From Patescibacteria group bacterium (GTDB lineage Bacteria > Patescibacteriota > Patescibacteriia > 2-01-FULL-39-33), in contig JBAZRV010000002.1 of the NCBI GenBank assembly GCA_041662745.1, positions 21,785-85,784 of the forward strand: DNA of 64,000 nucleotides. Direction: 5' to 3'. Of this stretch, positions 22,619 through 33,929 are shown piece after piece. The notes below the pieces were generated by a model. The model saw only the letters and a program-made list of their open reading frames with translations, searched no databases and was not told where the DNA came from. The position numbers and the translations under genes are program-made. Position 1 is the stretch's first letter. Every line of letters begins with the position of its first letter.

Positions 22619-22984
22619 ATGAAAATAAGCCTGCCAAGCAGCCTCAATCCAATAGATGCCATTCGTCGTTGCGGTTATGGCCAAGTTTTAGATCGACGCG
22701 CCACCGAGCCAAGTTTTGCCCGCCGGCTGGGTACCGGCCTGTATCCGCGTTTCCATGCTTATATAAATCAAATCGGCGCCGGTTATGTGGTTAATCTCCA
22801 TTTGGACCAAAAGCAAGCGTCTTACGAGGGCACAGCAGCGCACAGCGGCGAATACGAGGGTGGGGCGGTTGAAGCTGAGGGTCGCCGGATAGCCGAGTGT
22901 TTGCAAAAAGCGGCAACGGAAAAATCAGCTCCGGCGGTTCCGGAAAAAGAGGAGAAAAAAGGCTTTTTCCATCGATTTTTCTAA
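22619..22984 (+). CDS. Hypothetical protein (121 aa)
   Basis: ORF divergent from the minus-strand operon; Gly/Glu-rich centre; no motif recognised. Confidence 0.35.
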   Translation: MKISLPSSLNPIDAIRRCGYGQVLDRRATEPSFARRLGTGLYPRFHAYINQIGAGYVVNLHLDQKQASYEGTAAHSGEYEGGAVEAEGRRIAECLQKAATEKSAPAVPEKEEKKGFFHRFF

Positions 22985-23024
22985 GTTTGACTTTAAGTCT
23001 TTATAATAGTAAAATAAGCCCATT

Positions 23025-24254
23025 ATGAAACAGTCCAAGCTATTCCCCAAGACATTAAAAAATCCGCCCAAAGACGCAACTTCCGCCAGCCACAGACTAT
23101 TAGTGCAAGGCGGTTATGTTGATATGCTCCAAGCCGGAGTTTACACTTATTTACCCCTTGGTTGGCGGGTAATCCAAAAAATCGTACGGATTGTGCGAGA
23201 AGAAATGGACGCTGAGGGCGGTCAAGAATTGCTTATGCCGGCCTTGCAACCTAAGAATATTTGGGAGGAAACCGGCCGGTGGAGCGGCAGTTTGCAGGAA
23301 GTGATGTATCAATTTAAAGATGCGGCCGGCAAAGAACTGGGATTGGCCGCTACGCATGAAGAGGTTATTTATGATTTGGCGCGCCGCTTCCTTTCTTCTT
23401 ATAAGGAATTGCCTTTGGCTGTTTATCAAATCCAAAATAAATTTCGCGCCGAGCTCAGGGCTAAGGGCGGATTGATGCGCGGTCGCGAATTCATGATGAA
23501 AGACTTATACAGTTTTCATTTGAGCGAAGAAGATTTGAATCAGTATTATCAGCGTCAAATTGAGGCTTATAAACGCGTTTACAGCCGTTTGGGTTTGCAG
23601 GCTAAAGTCGTGGAGGCTTCCGGCGGTGTTTTTACCAAGAATTTTTCTCATGAGTTCCAAGTGGTCTCCGCCGCCGGCGAAGATAAGATTGTTTATTGCG
23701 ACGGTTGCGACTTCGCGCAGAATGCGGAAATCGCGACGGTCAAGGCTGGTGAAAATTGCCCTAAATGCGGTTTGCCGGTCAAAGAGGGCAAAAGCATAGA
23801 AGTGGGCAATATTTTTAACTTCGGCGATAAGTACGCCAAGGATATGAACGGCTATATCAATGACGAGTCAGGCAAGAAATTGCCGATTCTGATGGCCTCT
23901 TACGGCATTGGAATTTCCCGGCTAGTGGCGACGATAGTGGAATTGTATCATGATGATAAAGGCATCGTCTGGCCGGAAAGCTCCTCGCCCTTTTCTGTTC
24001 ATTTATTATCGCTTAAGGCGGATGCTCAAGCCGCTAAAGTTTACGATGAATTGATTAAGGCCGGCATTGAAGTATTATACGATGATCGCGACATTTCCGC
24101 CGGTCAGAAATTCGCCGATAGCGACTTGTTGGGCATCAGTTGGCGTTTAATCGTAAGCGAGAAAACGGGGGAGAAGGCGGAGATTAAGAAGAGGGAAGGA
24201 GCCGAGGCGGAATTAATGACAACGGAAGAAGTTATTAAGAAATTGAAAAAATAA
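23025..24254 (+). CDS. proS: Proline--tRNA ligase, bacterial-type but lacking the INS editing domain
   Basis: N-terminal class II ProRS pattern (SHRLLVQGGYVDMLQAGVYTYLPLGWRV...QPKNIWEETGRW); only 409 aa. Confidence 0.8.
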   Translation: MKQSKLFPKTLKNPPKDATSASHRLLVQGGYVDMLQAGVYTYLPLGWRVIQKIVRIVREEMDAEGGQELLMPALQPKNIWEETGRWSGSLQEVMYQFKDAAGKELGLAATHEEVIYDLARRFLSSYKELPLAVYQIQNKFRAELRAKGGLMRGREFMMKDLYSFHLSEEDLNQYYQRQIEAYKRVYSRLGLQAKVVEASGGVFTKNFSHEFQVVSAAGEDKIVYCDGCDFAQNAEIATVKAGENCPKCGLPVKEGKSIEVGNIFNFGDKYAKDMNGYINDESGKKLPILMASYGIGISRLVATIVELYHDDKGIVWPESSSPFSVHLLSLKADAQAAKVYDELIKAGIEVLYDDRDISAGQKFADSDLLGISWRLIVSEKTGEKAEIKKREGAEAELMTTEEVIKKLKK

Positions 24255-24314
24255 GGTTTTGCTTGTTTGAAGTTTATTGGCGGAGGCCGATTAAGAAACA
24301 GATAATTTTTCAAG

Positions 24315-25349
24315 ATGTTTAAAAAATTTTTCGGAAAATTCAATCGCGGCTTGGGCATTGACCTGGGCAGCGGCAATACCTTGGTCTATCAGCAGGATCG
24401 CGGTATTGTGATTGCCGAATCTTCGGTAGTGGCGGTAAATAATCGCACCGATCAGATTTTGGCGATCGGCGATGAGGCTCGAAGAATGCTGGGCAAAACT
24501 CCGCCGCATATTACCGCTACCCGCCCGCTGGAGTATGGCATTATTTCTGATTTTGAAGTAACCGAAAAAATGCTGAAGTTTTTTATGAACAAGGTTCGAG
24601 CCGGCCGCGTGGGATTTTCGGCTATGCCCATCGTAGTGGTGGGCGTGCCTTTGGATGTTACGGCAGTAGAGAAAAAAGCGGTGGCTGACGTGGTTATGGC
24701 CGCCGGAGCGGCGCAAGTTTATTTGGTGGAAAATGTCATGGCTACGGCTATCGGCGCGCGCATCCCCATTCAGGATCCGACCGGCAACATGGTGGTTAAT
24801 ATCGGCTGCGGTTTGGCCGAAGCCGCGGTTATTTCGTTGGACGGCATTGTTAATTTTAAGGTTTCCCGCGTCGCCGGCAACGCTTTGGACAAAGACATCA
24901 TCAACTTCGCCCGCGAGGAATTCTCTTTGATTCTGGGTGAAATGGTAGCTGAAGACATTAAGAAAAAAATCGGTTCGGCTTTGCCGCTTAAAGAGCCGTT
25001 AGAAATGGCTATGCGCGGCCGCGATGTGATGACCGGTCTGCCGAGAGAGATAAAAGTCAATGATGCGCAAATCCGCGAAGCTATCGCCAAGTCGCTGGAA
25101 AAAATATTAAATACGATTAAAGCGACCTTGGAAACCACTCCGCCGGAATTGGTAGCCGATATTTATCAGAAGGGAATTTATCTGACCGGCGGTACGGCTC
25201 AATTAAAAGAACTGGATAACTATGTTTCCAAAGGCATCAATATACCGGTTCATATCGCTGAAGATCCGCAGACTTGCGCCGTGCGCGGCTTGGGATCGCT
25301 TTTAGACGATGAAGCTCTGCTGAAAGACATTGTCGTGCCGAATTCCTAA
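24315..25349 (+). CDS. mreB: Rod-shape protein MreB
   Basis: LGIDLGSGNTLVY actin-fold motifs; followed by mreC, mreD and PBP2. Confidence 0.85.
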   Translation: MFKKFFGKFNRGLGIDLGSGNTLVYQQDRGIVIAESSVVAVNNRTDQILAIGDEARRMLGKTPPHITATRPLEYGIISDFEVTEKMLKFFMNKVRAGRVGFSAMPIVVVGVPLDVTAVEKKAVADVVMAAGAAQVYLVENVMATAIGARIPIQDPTGNMVVNIGCGLAEAAVISLDGIVNFKVSRVAGNALDKDIINFAREEFSLILGEMVAEDIKKKIGSALPLKEPLEMAMRGRDVMTGLPREIKVNDAQIREAIAKSLEKILNTIKATLETTPPELVADIYQKGIYLTGGTAQLKELDNYVSKGINIPVHIAEDPQTCAVRGLGSLLDDEALLKDIVVPNS

Positions 25350-25408
25350 ATTGGCAGCCGATAATTAAGCCAATATCAAGAGATTTTTTTGATTATTTAT
25401 TACGGCTC

Positions 25409-26206
25409 ATGTTAGACAGGTTACTCAAATCATTAATCTATTCTTTAGCGGCAATACTTATTGCCGTGTTTTTTCATTACCTGGGTTGGTTGAGGCCGGT
25501 GGAGAATGTGTTCATCTTGCTATTCAAGCCGTTGCAAGGCGGCGCTTATGAGCTATCGCAGAAAACCAAGAATTTTTCCGATTACTGGTTGCGCAAAAGG
25601 AATCTTATCGCCGAGAATCAAAAGCTGATTGAGGAAATAAAAAACCTGTCTTTGGACCAATCCAAAATAAACAGTTTGGAAGAAGAAAATGCTTTATTGA
25701 AGAAAGAGCTGAATTTTATTGACGAGGATAAAAAACAATTCGTGGCCGCGCGCATTATCACCGGCGTATCCGATCCCTTGTCGCAGACCGTCATCATTGA
25801 TCGCGGCGCCCGAGACGGTATCGTTAAGGGATTGGCGGTCTCGGTTGATCGCGGCGTGTTGGTCGGAAAGATAGCCGAGGTTTTTGACGATTATTCCAAA
25901 GTGATGCTGTTATCGGACAATAAATCGCGCGTGGCGGCGACGGTGCAGAATCTTGACCATACCGTCGGCCTGGTTGAGGGGCAATACGGCCTATCTTTTG
26001 CCATGACTAACATCCCGCAAAATCAGGATATTCGTCAAGGCGATTTGGTGGTTACTTCCGGCTTGGAGGGCCAAATACCCAAAGATCTGTTAATCGCTAA
26101 AGTGGAAAGCGTTAAAACGGTAGAATCGGAGATTTTTAAGACTGCCATTCTTCAGCCCATTATACCCTTGAGCAACCTGTCTTATGTCTTGGTTATTATA
26201 CCTTAA
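25409..26206 (+). CDS. mreC: Rod-shape protein MreC
   Basis: N-terminal TM, coiled-coil, C-terminal beta domain; position after mreB. Confidence 0.7.
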   Translation: MLDRLLKSLIYSLAAILIAVFFHYLGWLRPVENVFILLFKPLQGGAYELSQKTKNFSDYWLRKRNLIAENQKLIEEIKNLSLDQSKINSLEEENALLKKELNFIDEDKKQFVAARIITGVSDPLSQTVIIDRGARDGIVKGLAVSVDRGVLVGKIAEVFDDYSKVMLLSDNKSRVAATVQNLDHTVGLVEGQYGLSFAMTNIPQNQDIRQGDLVVTSGLEGQIPKDLLIAKVESVKTVESEIFKTAILQPIIPLSNLSYVLVIIP

Positions 26207-26735
26207 ACTGAATAATAAATGGCGACCGCTATTGGCTGTTGTTTGCCTGATCGGCGCAGTAGTTTTGAATTTGCTGTTAGCCGGCGGAGTAATCAAGTAT
26301 TTGGCTTTCGTTAATTTGATTTTTGCCGCTCTGGTTGTTTTGGTTAATTTGCGCAGCGTCGGTGAAGCGTTTATCTTTGCTGCCGTTAGCGGCATTATTC
26401 TAGATATTTATTCCGGCCTGCCCTTCGGTTTGACGGCGGCCAGCTTGGTGTTGTCCGCGGCCGTTATGGAAATATTAATCGCCAATATCTTTTCCAATCG
26501 GTCGTTTTATTCTTTGGTCGGCTTGGGCGCGATCGGTTTGATTGTTTATCGCTTAATTTTCGCTTTATTCACTCAAAGCCTGTTCTTTATCGGCCTGACC
26601 GATGCCACCATCAATTGGAATTTCGGCCTGCAGATGATTCAGGAACTGGTTTTGACTTCTTTGCTGCTGGTTGCAGTTTTTTTTGTTATTGATCGCTGGT
26701 CCAACAGCTTTCGTCCTAATTATTTATCGCGGTAG
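26184..26735 (+). CDS. mreD: Rod-shape protein MreD
   Basis: Small polytopic membrane protein between mreC and PBP2. Confidence 0.6.
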   Translation: MSWLLYLKLNNKWRPLLAVVCLIGAVVLNLLLAGGVIKYLAFVNLIFAALVVLVNLRSVGEAFIFAAVSGIILDIYSGLPFGLTAASLVLSAAVMEILIANIFSNRSFYSLVGLGAIGLIVYRLIFALFTQSLFFIGLTDATINWNFGLQMIQELVLTSLLLVAVFFVIDRWSNSFRPNYLSR

Positions 26736-26736
26736 T

Positions 26737-28638
26737 ATGGCCAATCCCTTCGCCACAATTGAGCCGATAGCTATCAAGCGCAAGAGCCGTTTGAACTGGG
26801 TGGAAGACAGCTGCGATCTTAGCAACTCCCTGGAAAGCGGCGTAGAAACCGGTTATTTGAATTTATCCTTATCCGGCAGGAAAATCCGCTGGTTTTTTTT
26901 GTTGATCGCTTTGGCGCTAGCAGTGGTTCTCGTCAAAAGTTTCTGGTTGCAAATAATTTCCGGCGAACATTATTTTTCTTTGGCGGAAAACAACCGCATC
27001 AAAACCGAATACGTTAAAGCGCATCGCGGCATTATTTTTGATCGCAACGGCCAGCCCCTGGTCAATAATCTGTTCGGCTTCTCCTTGTCTTTGTTGCCGG
27101 CGGAATTACCCAAGGATGAGGCGGTCCGGGCGGAAGAAATCAAAGAATTATCCGGGATTATTGATATGCCCGAAGGGGAGATTGAAGCGCGTTTAGTCGG
27201 CGCCGATGAGAATTACTATCAACCGGTAACCTTGCGCGTCGGTGTTCCTTATGAGCAGGCCATGATTATTAAAATCAAGGCCGATGATTTGCCCGGCGCC
27301 GAGCTTAATGTGGATTCCTGGCGTTTGTATCCGATTAGCGAATCCTTGTCCCATATCTTGGGTTATATCGGCAAGTTGAATCAGGAGGAATATCGGGAAT
27401 TAAGCGATAGTTACCTAATGGACGCCAATATCGGCAAGGCCGGTCTAGAGAAGCAGTATGAAAGCAATTTACGCGGAATTAACGGTCAAGAACAAATTGA
27501 AGTTGATGCCCTGGGCCGGGAGAAAAAAGTTATCTCTCAGAATCAATCGGTGCCGGGGGATAATGTAGTATTGTCATTGGATGCGGCATTGCAAGAAAAA
27601 ATTTATGAGGTGTTAAATGCCAGAGTTAAGGGCAAGAAGGCCTCGGTAATCGTTTCCAATCCGCAAAACGGCGAGATTTTGGCCATGGTTGATTACCCCA
27701 GTTTTGATAATAATCTTTTTACCGGTGGCATTAGCGCCGATGATTATAAAAAACTGTTGGCTGATCCTAATAATCCCTTGTTCACTCGTTCAATTTTCGG
27801 CGAATACCCTTCCGGTTCAACGGTCAAGCCGGTAATAGCTTCCGCCGCCTTGGAAGAAAAAATCATTACCAAGGGTACTACGGTTAATTCCGTCGGCGGC
27901 ATCAGAGTCGGCCAATGGTATTTTCCCGATTGGCAGAGCGGTGGCCATGGTGTAACTAACGTCACAAAAGCCATTGCTTGGTCCGTTAATACTTTCTTTT
28001 ATTACATCGGCGGCGGTTATGGCGATTTTGCCGGTTTGGGTTTGGAGCGGTTGGTGAAATATTTTAAATCATTCGGTCTGGGCCAGGCGACCGGAATTGA
28101 TTTGCCCGGCGAACGGCCGGGATTCGTGCCTGACGCCAAATGGAAAGAAGACACCAAGAATGAAGTCTGGTATATCGGCGACACTTATCATTTATCTATC
28201 GGCCAGGGCGATTTATTAGTAACGCCATTGCAGGTTAATAATTATACGGCGGCAGTGGCTAACGGTGGCAAATTAATCAAGCCTCATTTGGCTGTAGCGA
28301 TTATTAAGGCCGACGGTACCAAGCAAACCGTTCAGTCGGAAGTAATCAGGCAAATTCCGGTTTCCGCGGAAAACTTGGCGATTGTCCGCGAGGGCATGCG
28401 ACAGACCGTAACGGCCGGTTCCGCCGGCAGCCTGAATGCTCTGCCTGTTGCCGTGGCCGGGAAAACCGGTACAGCTCAATGGAGTTCAACCAAAGCCAAT
28501 CATGCCTGGTTTGCCGGCTTTGCCCCTTATGACAACCCTAATTTTTGCATTACCGTCTTAGTGGAGGAGGGCGGGGAAGGCTCTTCTGTCTCCGTACCGA
28601 TTGCCAGGGATATTATGCAGTGGTGGTTTACCAGATAA
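26737..28638 (+). CDS. mrdA: Penicillin-binding protein 2 (transpeptidase)
   Basis: SxxK active site SGSTVKP, SxN and KTG(T) motifs; start placed after the mreD stop. Confidence 0.8.
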   Translation: MANPFATIEPIAIKRKSRLNWVEDSCDLSNSLESGVETGYLNLSLSGRKIRWFFLLIALALAVVLVKSFWLQIISGEHYFSLAENNRIKTEYVKAHRGIIFDRNGQPLVNNLFGFSLSLLPAELPKDEAVRAEEIKELSGIIDMPEGEIEARLVGADENYYQPVTLRVGVPYEQAMIIKIKADDLPGAELNVDSWRLYPISESLSHILGYIGKLNQEEYRELSDSYLMDANIGKAGLEKQYESNLRGINGQEQIEVDALGREKKVISQNQSVPGDNVVLSLDAALQEKIYEVLNARVKGKKASVIVSNPQNGEILAMVDYPSFDNNLFTGGISADDYKKLLADPNNPLFTRSIFGEYPSGSTVKPVIASAALEEKIITKGTTVNSVGGIRVGQWYFPDWQSGGHGVTNVTKAIAWSVNTFFYYIGGGYGDFAGLGLERLVKYFKSFGLGQATGIDLPGERPGFVPDAKWKEDTKNEVWYIGDTYHLSIGQGDLLVTPLQVNNYTAAVANGGKLIKPHLAVAIIKADGTKQTVQSEVIRQIPVSAENLAIVREGMRQTVTAGSAGSLNALPVAVAGKTGTAQWSSTKANHAWFAGFAPYDNPNFCITVLVEEGGEGSSVSVPIARDIMQWWFTR

Positions 28639-28749
28639 GGCGGATTATGTTAAACTGCTAAAATCGGCAGTACTTTAACTGTGACAGCTGTTAAAAGTGA
28701 TAATTTTGCCTTATTTATGCGGCTTTTTGCTAATTATTATCAACGGCTA

Positions 28750-28778
28750 TTGACAACATTAAGAGACCGTGATATCAT
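28750..28778 (+). promoter_or_regulatory. Sigma-70-like promoter for greA
   Basis: TTGACA-17nt-TATCAT. Confidence 0.5.
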
Positions 28779-28854
28779 TATTACTATAAATTCACTCTAA
28801 TTTCTCAAATCGTCTTTAATGGAGGAGTTTTTAAATTGTCTAAAATACAAATAC

Positions 28855-29313
28855 ATGTCAGAAAATTATATCTCTTCCGACGGTCTGAAAAAGATCAAGG
28901 AAGAACTGGAACAACTTAAAGCAATTGATCGTCCCGAGGTTATTGACCGCATCGCCAAAGCGCGCGATTTGGGTGATTTATCGGAAAACGCCGAGTATCA
29001 TGAAGCCAGGGAAAAGCAAAGTTTTATTGAAGGCCGCATTCAAGAATTGGAGGCCTTGGTTAGAAATGCCGTCATTATCAAAAATAAGAAATCAGATACG
29101 GTGCAGATCGGCTCCACCGTCCACGCCACTTGCGATAACGGCATGAAAGTCAAATATCAGATTGTCGGCCACTCCGAAGCTGATCCGGCCAACGGACGAA
29201 TCAGCCACCAGTCGCCTTTGGGTTCGGCTTTCATCGGCAAGGGCATCGGCCACGAGTTTGAACTTAAAGTGCCGGCCGGCGCCATCAAGTGCGTTATTGA
29301 TCATATTGAATAA
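28855..29313 (+). CDS. greA: Transcription elongation factor GreA
   Basis: Coiled-coil N-terminus with DLSENAEYHEAREKQSF and C-terminal FKBP-like domain; start at MSENY by homology (ORF track 28819). Confidence 0.85.
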   Translation: MSENYISSDGLKKIKEELEQLKAIDRPEVIDRIAKARDLGDLSENAEYHEAREKQSFIEGRIQELEALVRNAVIIKNKKSDTVQIGSTVHATCDNGMKVKYQIVGHSEADPANGRISHQSPLGSAFIGKGIGHEFELKVPAGAIKCVIDHIE

Positions 29314-29419
29314 TTTTAATATTTTTTTAGTGTTTTTTATTGAATTGTCGGTTTTGAAGTTTTAGATTGGCAGTCAAAGAGTCTTTTAAAAGTAAATCAA
29401 CAACCGGAAGGAGAGAGTA

Positions 29420-29839
29420 ATGAGACATAATGATTCTGGCTTTAGCTTAGTTGAGTTTTTGGTTGTTATGGCAATTCTGGCTATTTTGGCGAGTATAATT
29501 GTCGGTAGCGGCGGCGGCTGCAGTGTTGGTGATGGGGAACGGGTAGGCAAGGTGGTTAAATTGAGCTACAAAGGCGTAATCTGGAAAACCAATGAGGGTC
29601 AATTGATTTTAGGTGATAAGGGGACTATTACCAATAATACTTGGGATTTCAGCATTCTAGACCCCGACATTTATCAGCAGATTAAAAAGGCAATGGAAGA
29701 TCAGAAACTTGTACGTCTGTCTTATCATCAGAATTTTCTTATTCGTCCCTGGAACGGTTCTACCACCTATTTCATTACCGGTGTCAGTATTGTTGGATCG
29801 GGAGAGAAACACGAGGAAGTTGTTGAATTGCAAGAATAG
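29420..29839 (+). CDS. Orphan pilin-like protein with prepilin N-terminus
   Basis: MRHNDSG|FSLVEFLVVMAILAILA with Glu at +5. Confidence 0.55.
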   Translation: MRHNDSGFSLVEFLVVMAILAILASIIVGSGGGCSVGDGERVGKVVKLSYKGVIWKTNEGQLILGDKGTITNNTWDFSILDPDIYQQIKKAMEDQKLVRLSYHQNFLIRPWNGSTTYFITGVSIVGSGEKHEEVVELQE

Positions 29840-29868
29840 GGATGAGCTGTAAGCACATTAATATAATA

Positions 29869-29905
29869 CCGCTTAGCTGTGTTGGCTGAGCGGTATTTTT
29901 ATTTT
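29869..29905 (+). terminator. Hairpin terminator between the pilin-like gene and the convergent gyrB
   Basis: ACCGCTTAGC-loop-GCTGAGCGGT then ATTTTTATTTT. Confidence 0.6.
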
Positions 29906-29923
29906 ATTCGGTTTTATTCGGTT

Positions 29924-31999
<2,076 letters not shown>

Positions 32000-32017
32000 T
32001 TATCTAAATTTAGATAA
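32000..32017. promoter_or_regulatory. Perfect 18-nt palindrome TTATCTAAATTTAGATAA, 4 nt upstream of the gyrB start codon
   Basis: Seen directly; related words TTATCTAAATTTA recur at 15118, 39712 and 63667. Confidence 0.3.
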
Positions 32018-32328
32018 GAATAACACCAATCACTGTCGAAAAATTTCGACAGCAGGTGACTGAAATTAATGTTTTCCACACCTTTAATTTTAGCATTTTT
32101 TAGGTATTTCTACAAGAGAAAAAATCATGATTTATCGTTCAATTTTAGGTATTATATTAGCCAATAAAACGGTTGATTTTGTGTTGTGGATAAGTTATTT
32201 TTTAGGTTGACAAAATTTCTCCAATGTACTATCATTATTTGATAATCCCAAAGGTTGGGATTTCACTCGGTCCGGAGTGGCATAACGCCAAAGGACAAAG
32301 TACATCAACAAAAAGAAAGGAAATGCCC

Positions 32329-33093
32329 ATGCCTAAGAAAGCAGGGAATGTCCAAGACAGCGGTTTAACCGCGAAACAGCAACGTGAGCTGTTCACAATG
32401 ATGATTCTCGCAACTCCTACGGATATACCGCGGTACATTTATGACCAATGGACGGCTAACCCCCTCGGTCTTAATCGCGAAGTGCGGCGGATTTTGATGT
32501 CGCCAACTAACAAACCAATGGTTTTGCTCGCCCTTCAGCACGACACCGACACCCTCGCCCAACTGGAGAGTTGGGAACGGCACTACCATGATGAATATGG
32601 CATGGCCGTTGATTTTTCCGGCATATTTATTCCGCTTCGTCGCGACGGCTTTAAGCGTTTGATTGTCGTGCCGCAAGGCATGACGTGCAACTTCGCTTTC
32701 GCCAAGAATGCCAGTATGTTTCCGTGTTTGGCATGGGCGAGCGATTTAGATACTGCTGTCAAAGGCCGTAACGATCGCGAGCCGCATCGGCATTATGCCA
32801 TCTGGATTCGCGGTGATGTAGAGCCGGATGAAGTGTTCCTGACGGCCCATCAGGCGCGAGCTTTCGGTTTGAGTTGCACTACTCTTCTGGAGGACTTGTT
32901 AATGGAACTGAAGTATTTCAAGGAAACCGGCGAGCATCTCAATAAGCGGAGGATTACTCGTTGCGACGGTTCGCGCCACTCCGATGGCCTTGTGTCAGGC
33001 GTCAGTTGGTACGGTGTAGATTTCCGGGTCTGCAGGTTTAATCTCAGCGATTATCCGGAAGACAATTTGCGTCCTCGTTCCGTAATTTCTTAA
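32329..33093 (+). CDS. Hypothetical protein, GC-rich; distant paralog of 51562-52350
   Basis: GC jumps to ~55% exactly at this ORF; RBS GAAAGGAA 7 nt upstream; shares GFxxLxxxPxxGxxC and FKxTGE...SDxxxxG patterns with the 51562 protein. Confidence 0.5.
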   Translation: MPKKAGNVQDSGLTAKQQRELFTMMILATPTDIPRYIYDQWTANPLGLNREVRRILMSPTNKPMVLLALQHDTDTLAQLESWERHYHDEYGMAVDFSGIFIPLRRDGFKRLIVVPQGMTCNFAFAKNASMFPCLAWASDLDTAVKGRNDREPHRHYAIWIRGDVEPDEVFLTAHQARAFGLSCTTLLEDLLMELKYFKETGEHLNKRRITRCDGSRHSDGLVSGVSWYGVDFRVCRFNLSDYPEDNLRPRSVIS

Positions 33094-33136
33094 TTTCGTT
33101 CTTTTATAATTCAACCAAGCCGAATAAGGAGATGAA

Positions 33137-33427
33137 ATGAGCACCAGAGATAATTCTGTAAAATGTCCAGTATGTGGCAGAGAGGGAATTAGTAATAACC
33201 TATATGCTGACGAATTCAAGCCGGAGGAATTCAGAACTGAGCTTGTTTGTATTTTTTGTCAGGCCAAGTTCAATCCTTGTGGTGGCTGTCATGGTCAAGG
33301 AATTGGTGATTATCCTTATGAATGCTCAATTTGCGGAGGTAGTGGCGTTGGGAGACGATTGATAACGGATCAATCCGAGATGGTAGCGACGAAACAATCT
33401 AAGATGGTAGCGACGAAACAACCTTAA
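33137..33427 (+). CDS. Small DnaJ-type zinc-finger protein (CxxCxGxG repeats)
   Basis: CPVCGREG...CIFCQ...CGGCHGQG...CSICGGSG; C-terminal tandem repeat SEMVATKQSKMVATKQ. Confidence 0.5.
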   Translation: MSTRDNSVKCPVCGREGISNNLYADEFKPEEFRTELVCIFCQAKFNPCGGCHGQGIGDYPYECSICGGSGVGRRLITDQSEMVATKQSKMVATKQP

Positions 33428-33441
33428 TTCTTGTTCTTTAT

Positions 33442-33474
33442 GCCGTGTCGGCTTTGCCTGACGCGGTTTTTTTG
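33442..33474 (+). terminator. Rho-independent terminator
   Basis: CCGTGTC-GGCTTTGCCT-GACGCGG then TTTTTTT. Confidence 0.65.
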
Positions 33475-33485
33475 TCAAAATAAAA

Positions 33486-33512
33486 CTCGTCCCGATAGAA
33501 TATCGGGACGAG
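33486..33512 (-). terminator. Terminator for the minus-strand membrane-protein gene
   Basis: Perfect 12-bp stem CTCGTCCCGATA/TATCGGGACGAG with a T-tract on the minus strand. Confidence 0.65.
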
Positions 33513-33524
33513 GAATGAGCTTTG

Positions 33525-33929
33525 TTACTGGGGCGATTGAGCCGGCTTTTGCCGTGGCTTGAAATACCCTAAATACCAGGTCAGTAAAAAAAATCCTAAG
33601 AAAATAACCCAGCAGATCGCGCCTTGGATTATGGCTATAACCACAAGATCCCACCAGAATGTGAGAACGCCCGCCAACATGATAATCGGTCCGTACAACA
33701 ATAATATCGCTATCAGCAATAATCGGTTGATCTGATGTTGCGAGGCGGATATTACGACCGAAGCAATGAGGCTAAAGTACCAGCCGAAGAAAGGTATTGT
33801 CAGGATAATCACCCCGGCTGCTATTGCCATAACAATTAAAATAACGTTTACGGAAAATTCCCAGGTTACGCTGCCGGCTTTTTTGATAAAGCTAATAATC
33901 GCCGAGAGCAATTCGTTGATTTTTTTCAT
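33525..33929 (-). CDS. Hypothetical polytopic membrane protein
   Basis: Four predicted TM helices; no motif. Confidence 0.45.
   Translation of the reverse strand: MKKINELLSAIISFIKKAGSVTWEFSVNVILIVMAIAAGVIILTIPFFGWYFSLIASVVISASQHQINRLLLIAILLLYGPIIMLAGVLTFWWDLVVIAIIQGAICWVIFLGFFLLTWYLGYFKPRQKPAQSPQ

Noticed and set aside
32224-32328. N-terminal extension of the GC-rich ORF (MYYHYLIIPKVG...)
   Set aside because: The extension is AT-rich, unlike the body of the gene. A good RBS, GAAAGGAA, precedes the internal ATG at 32329.
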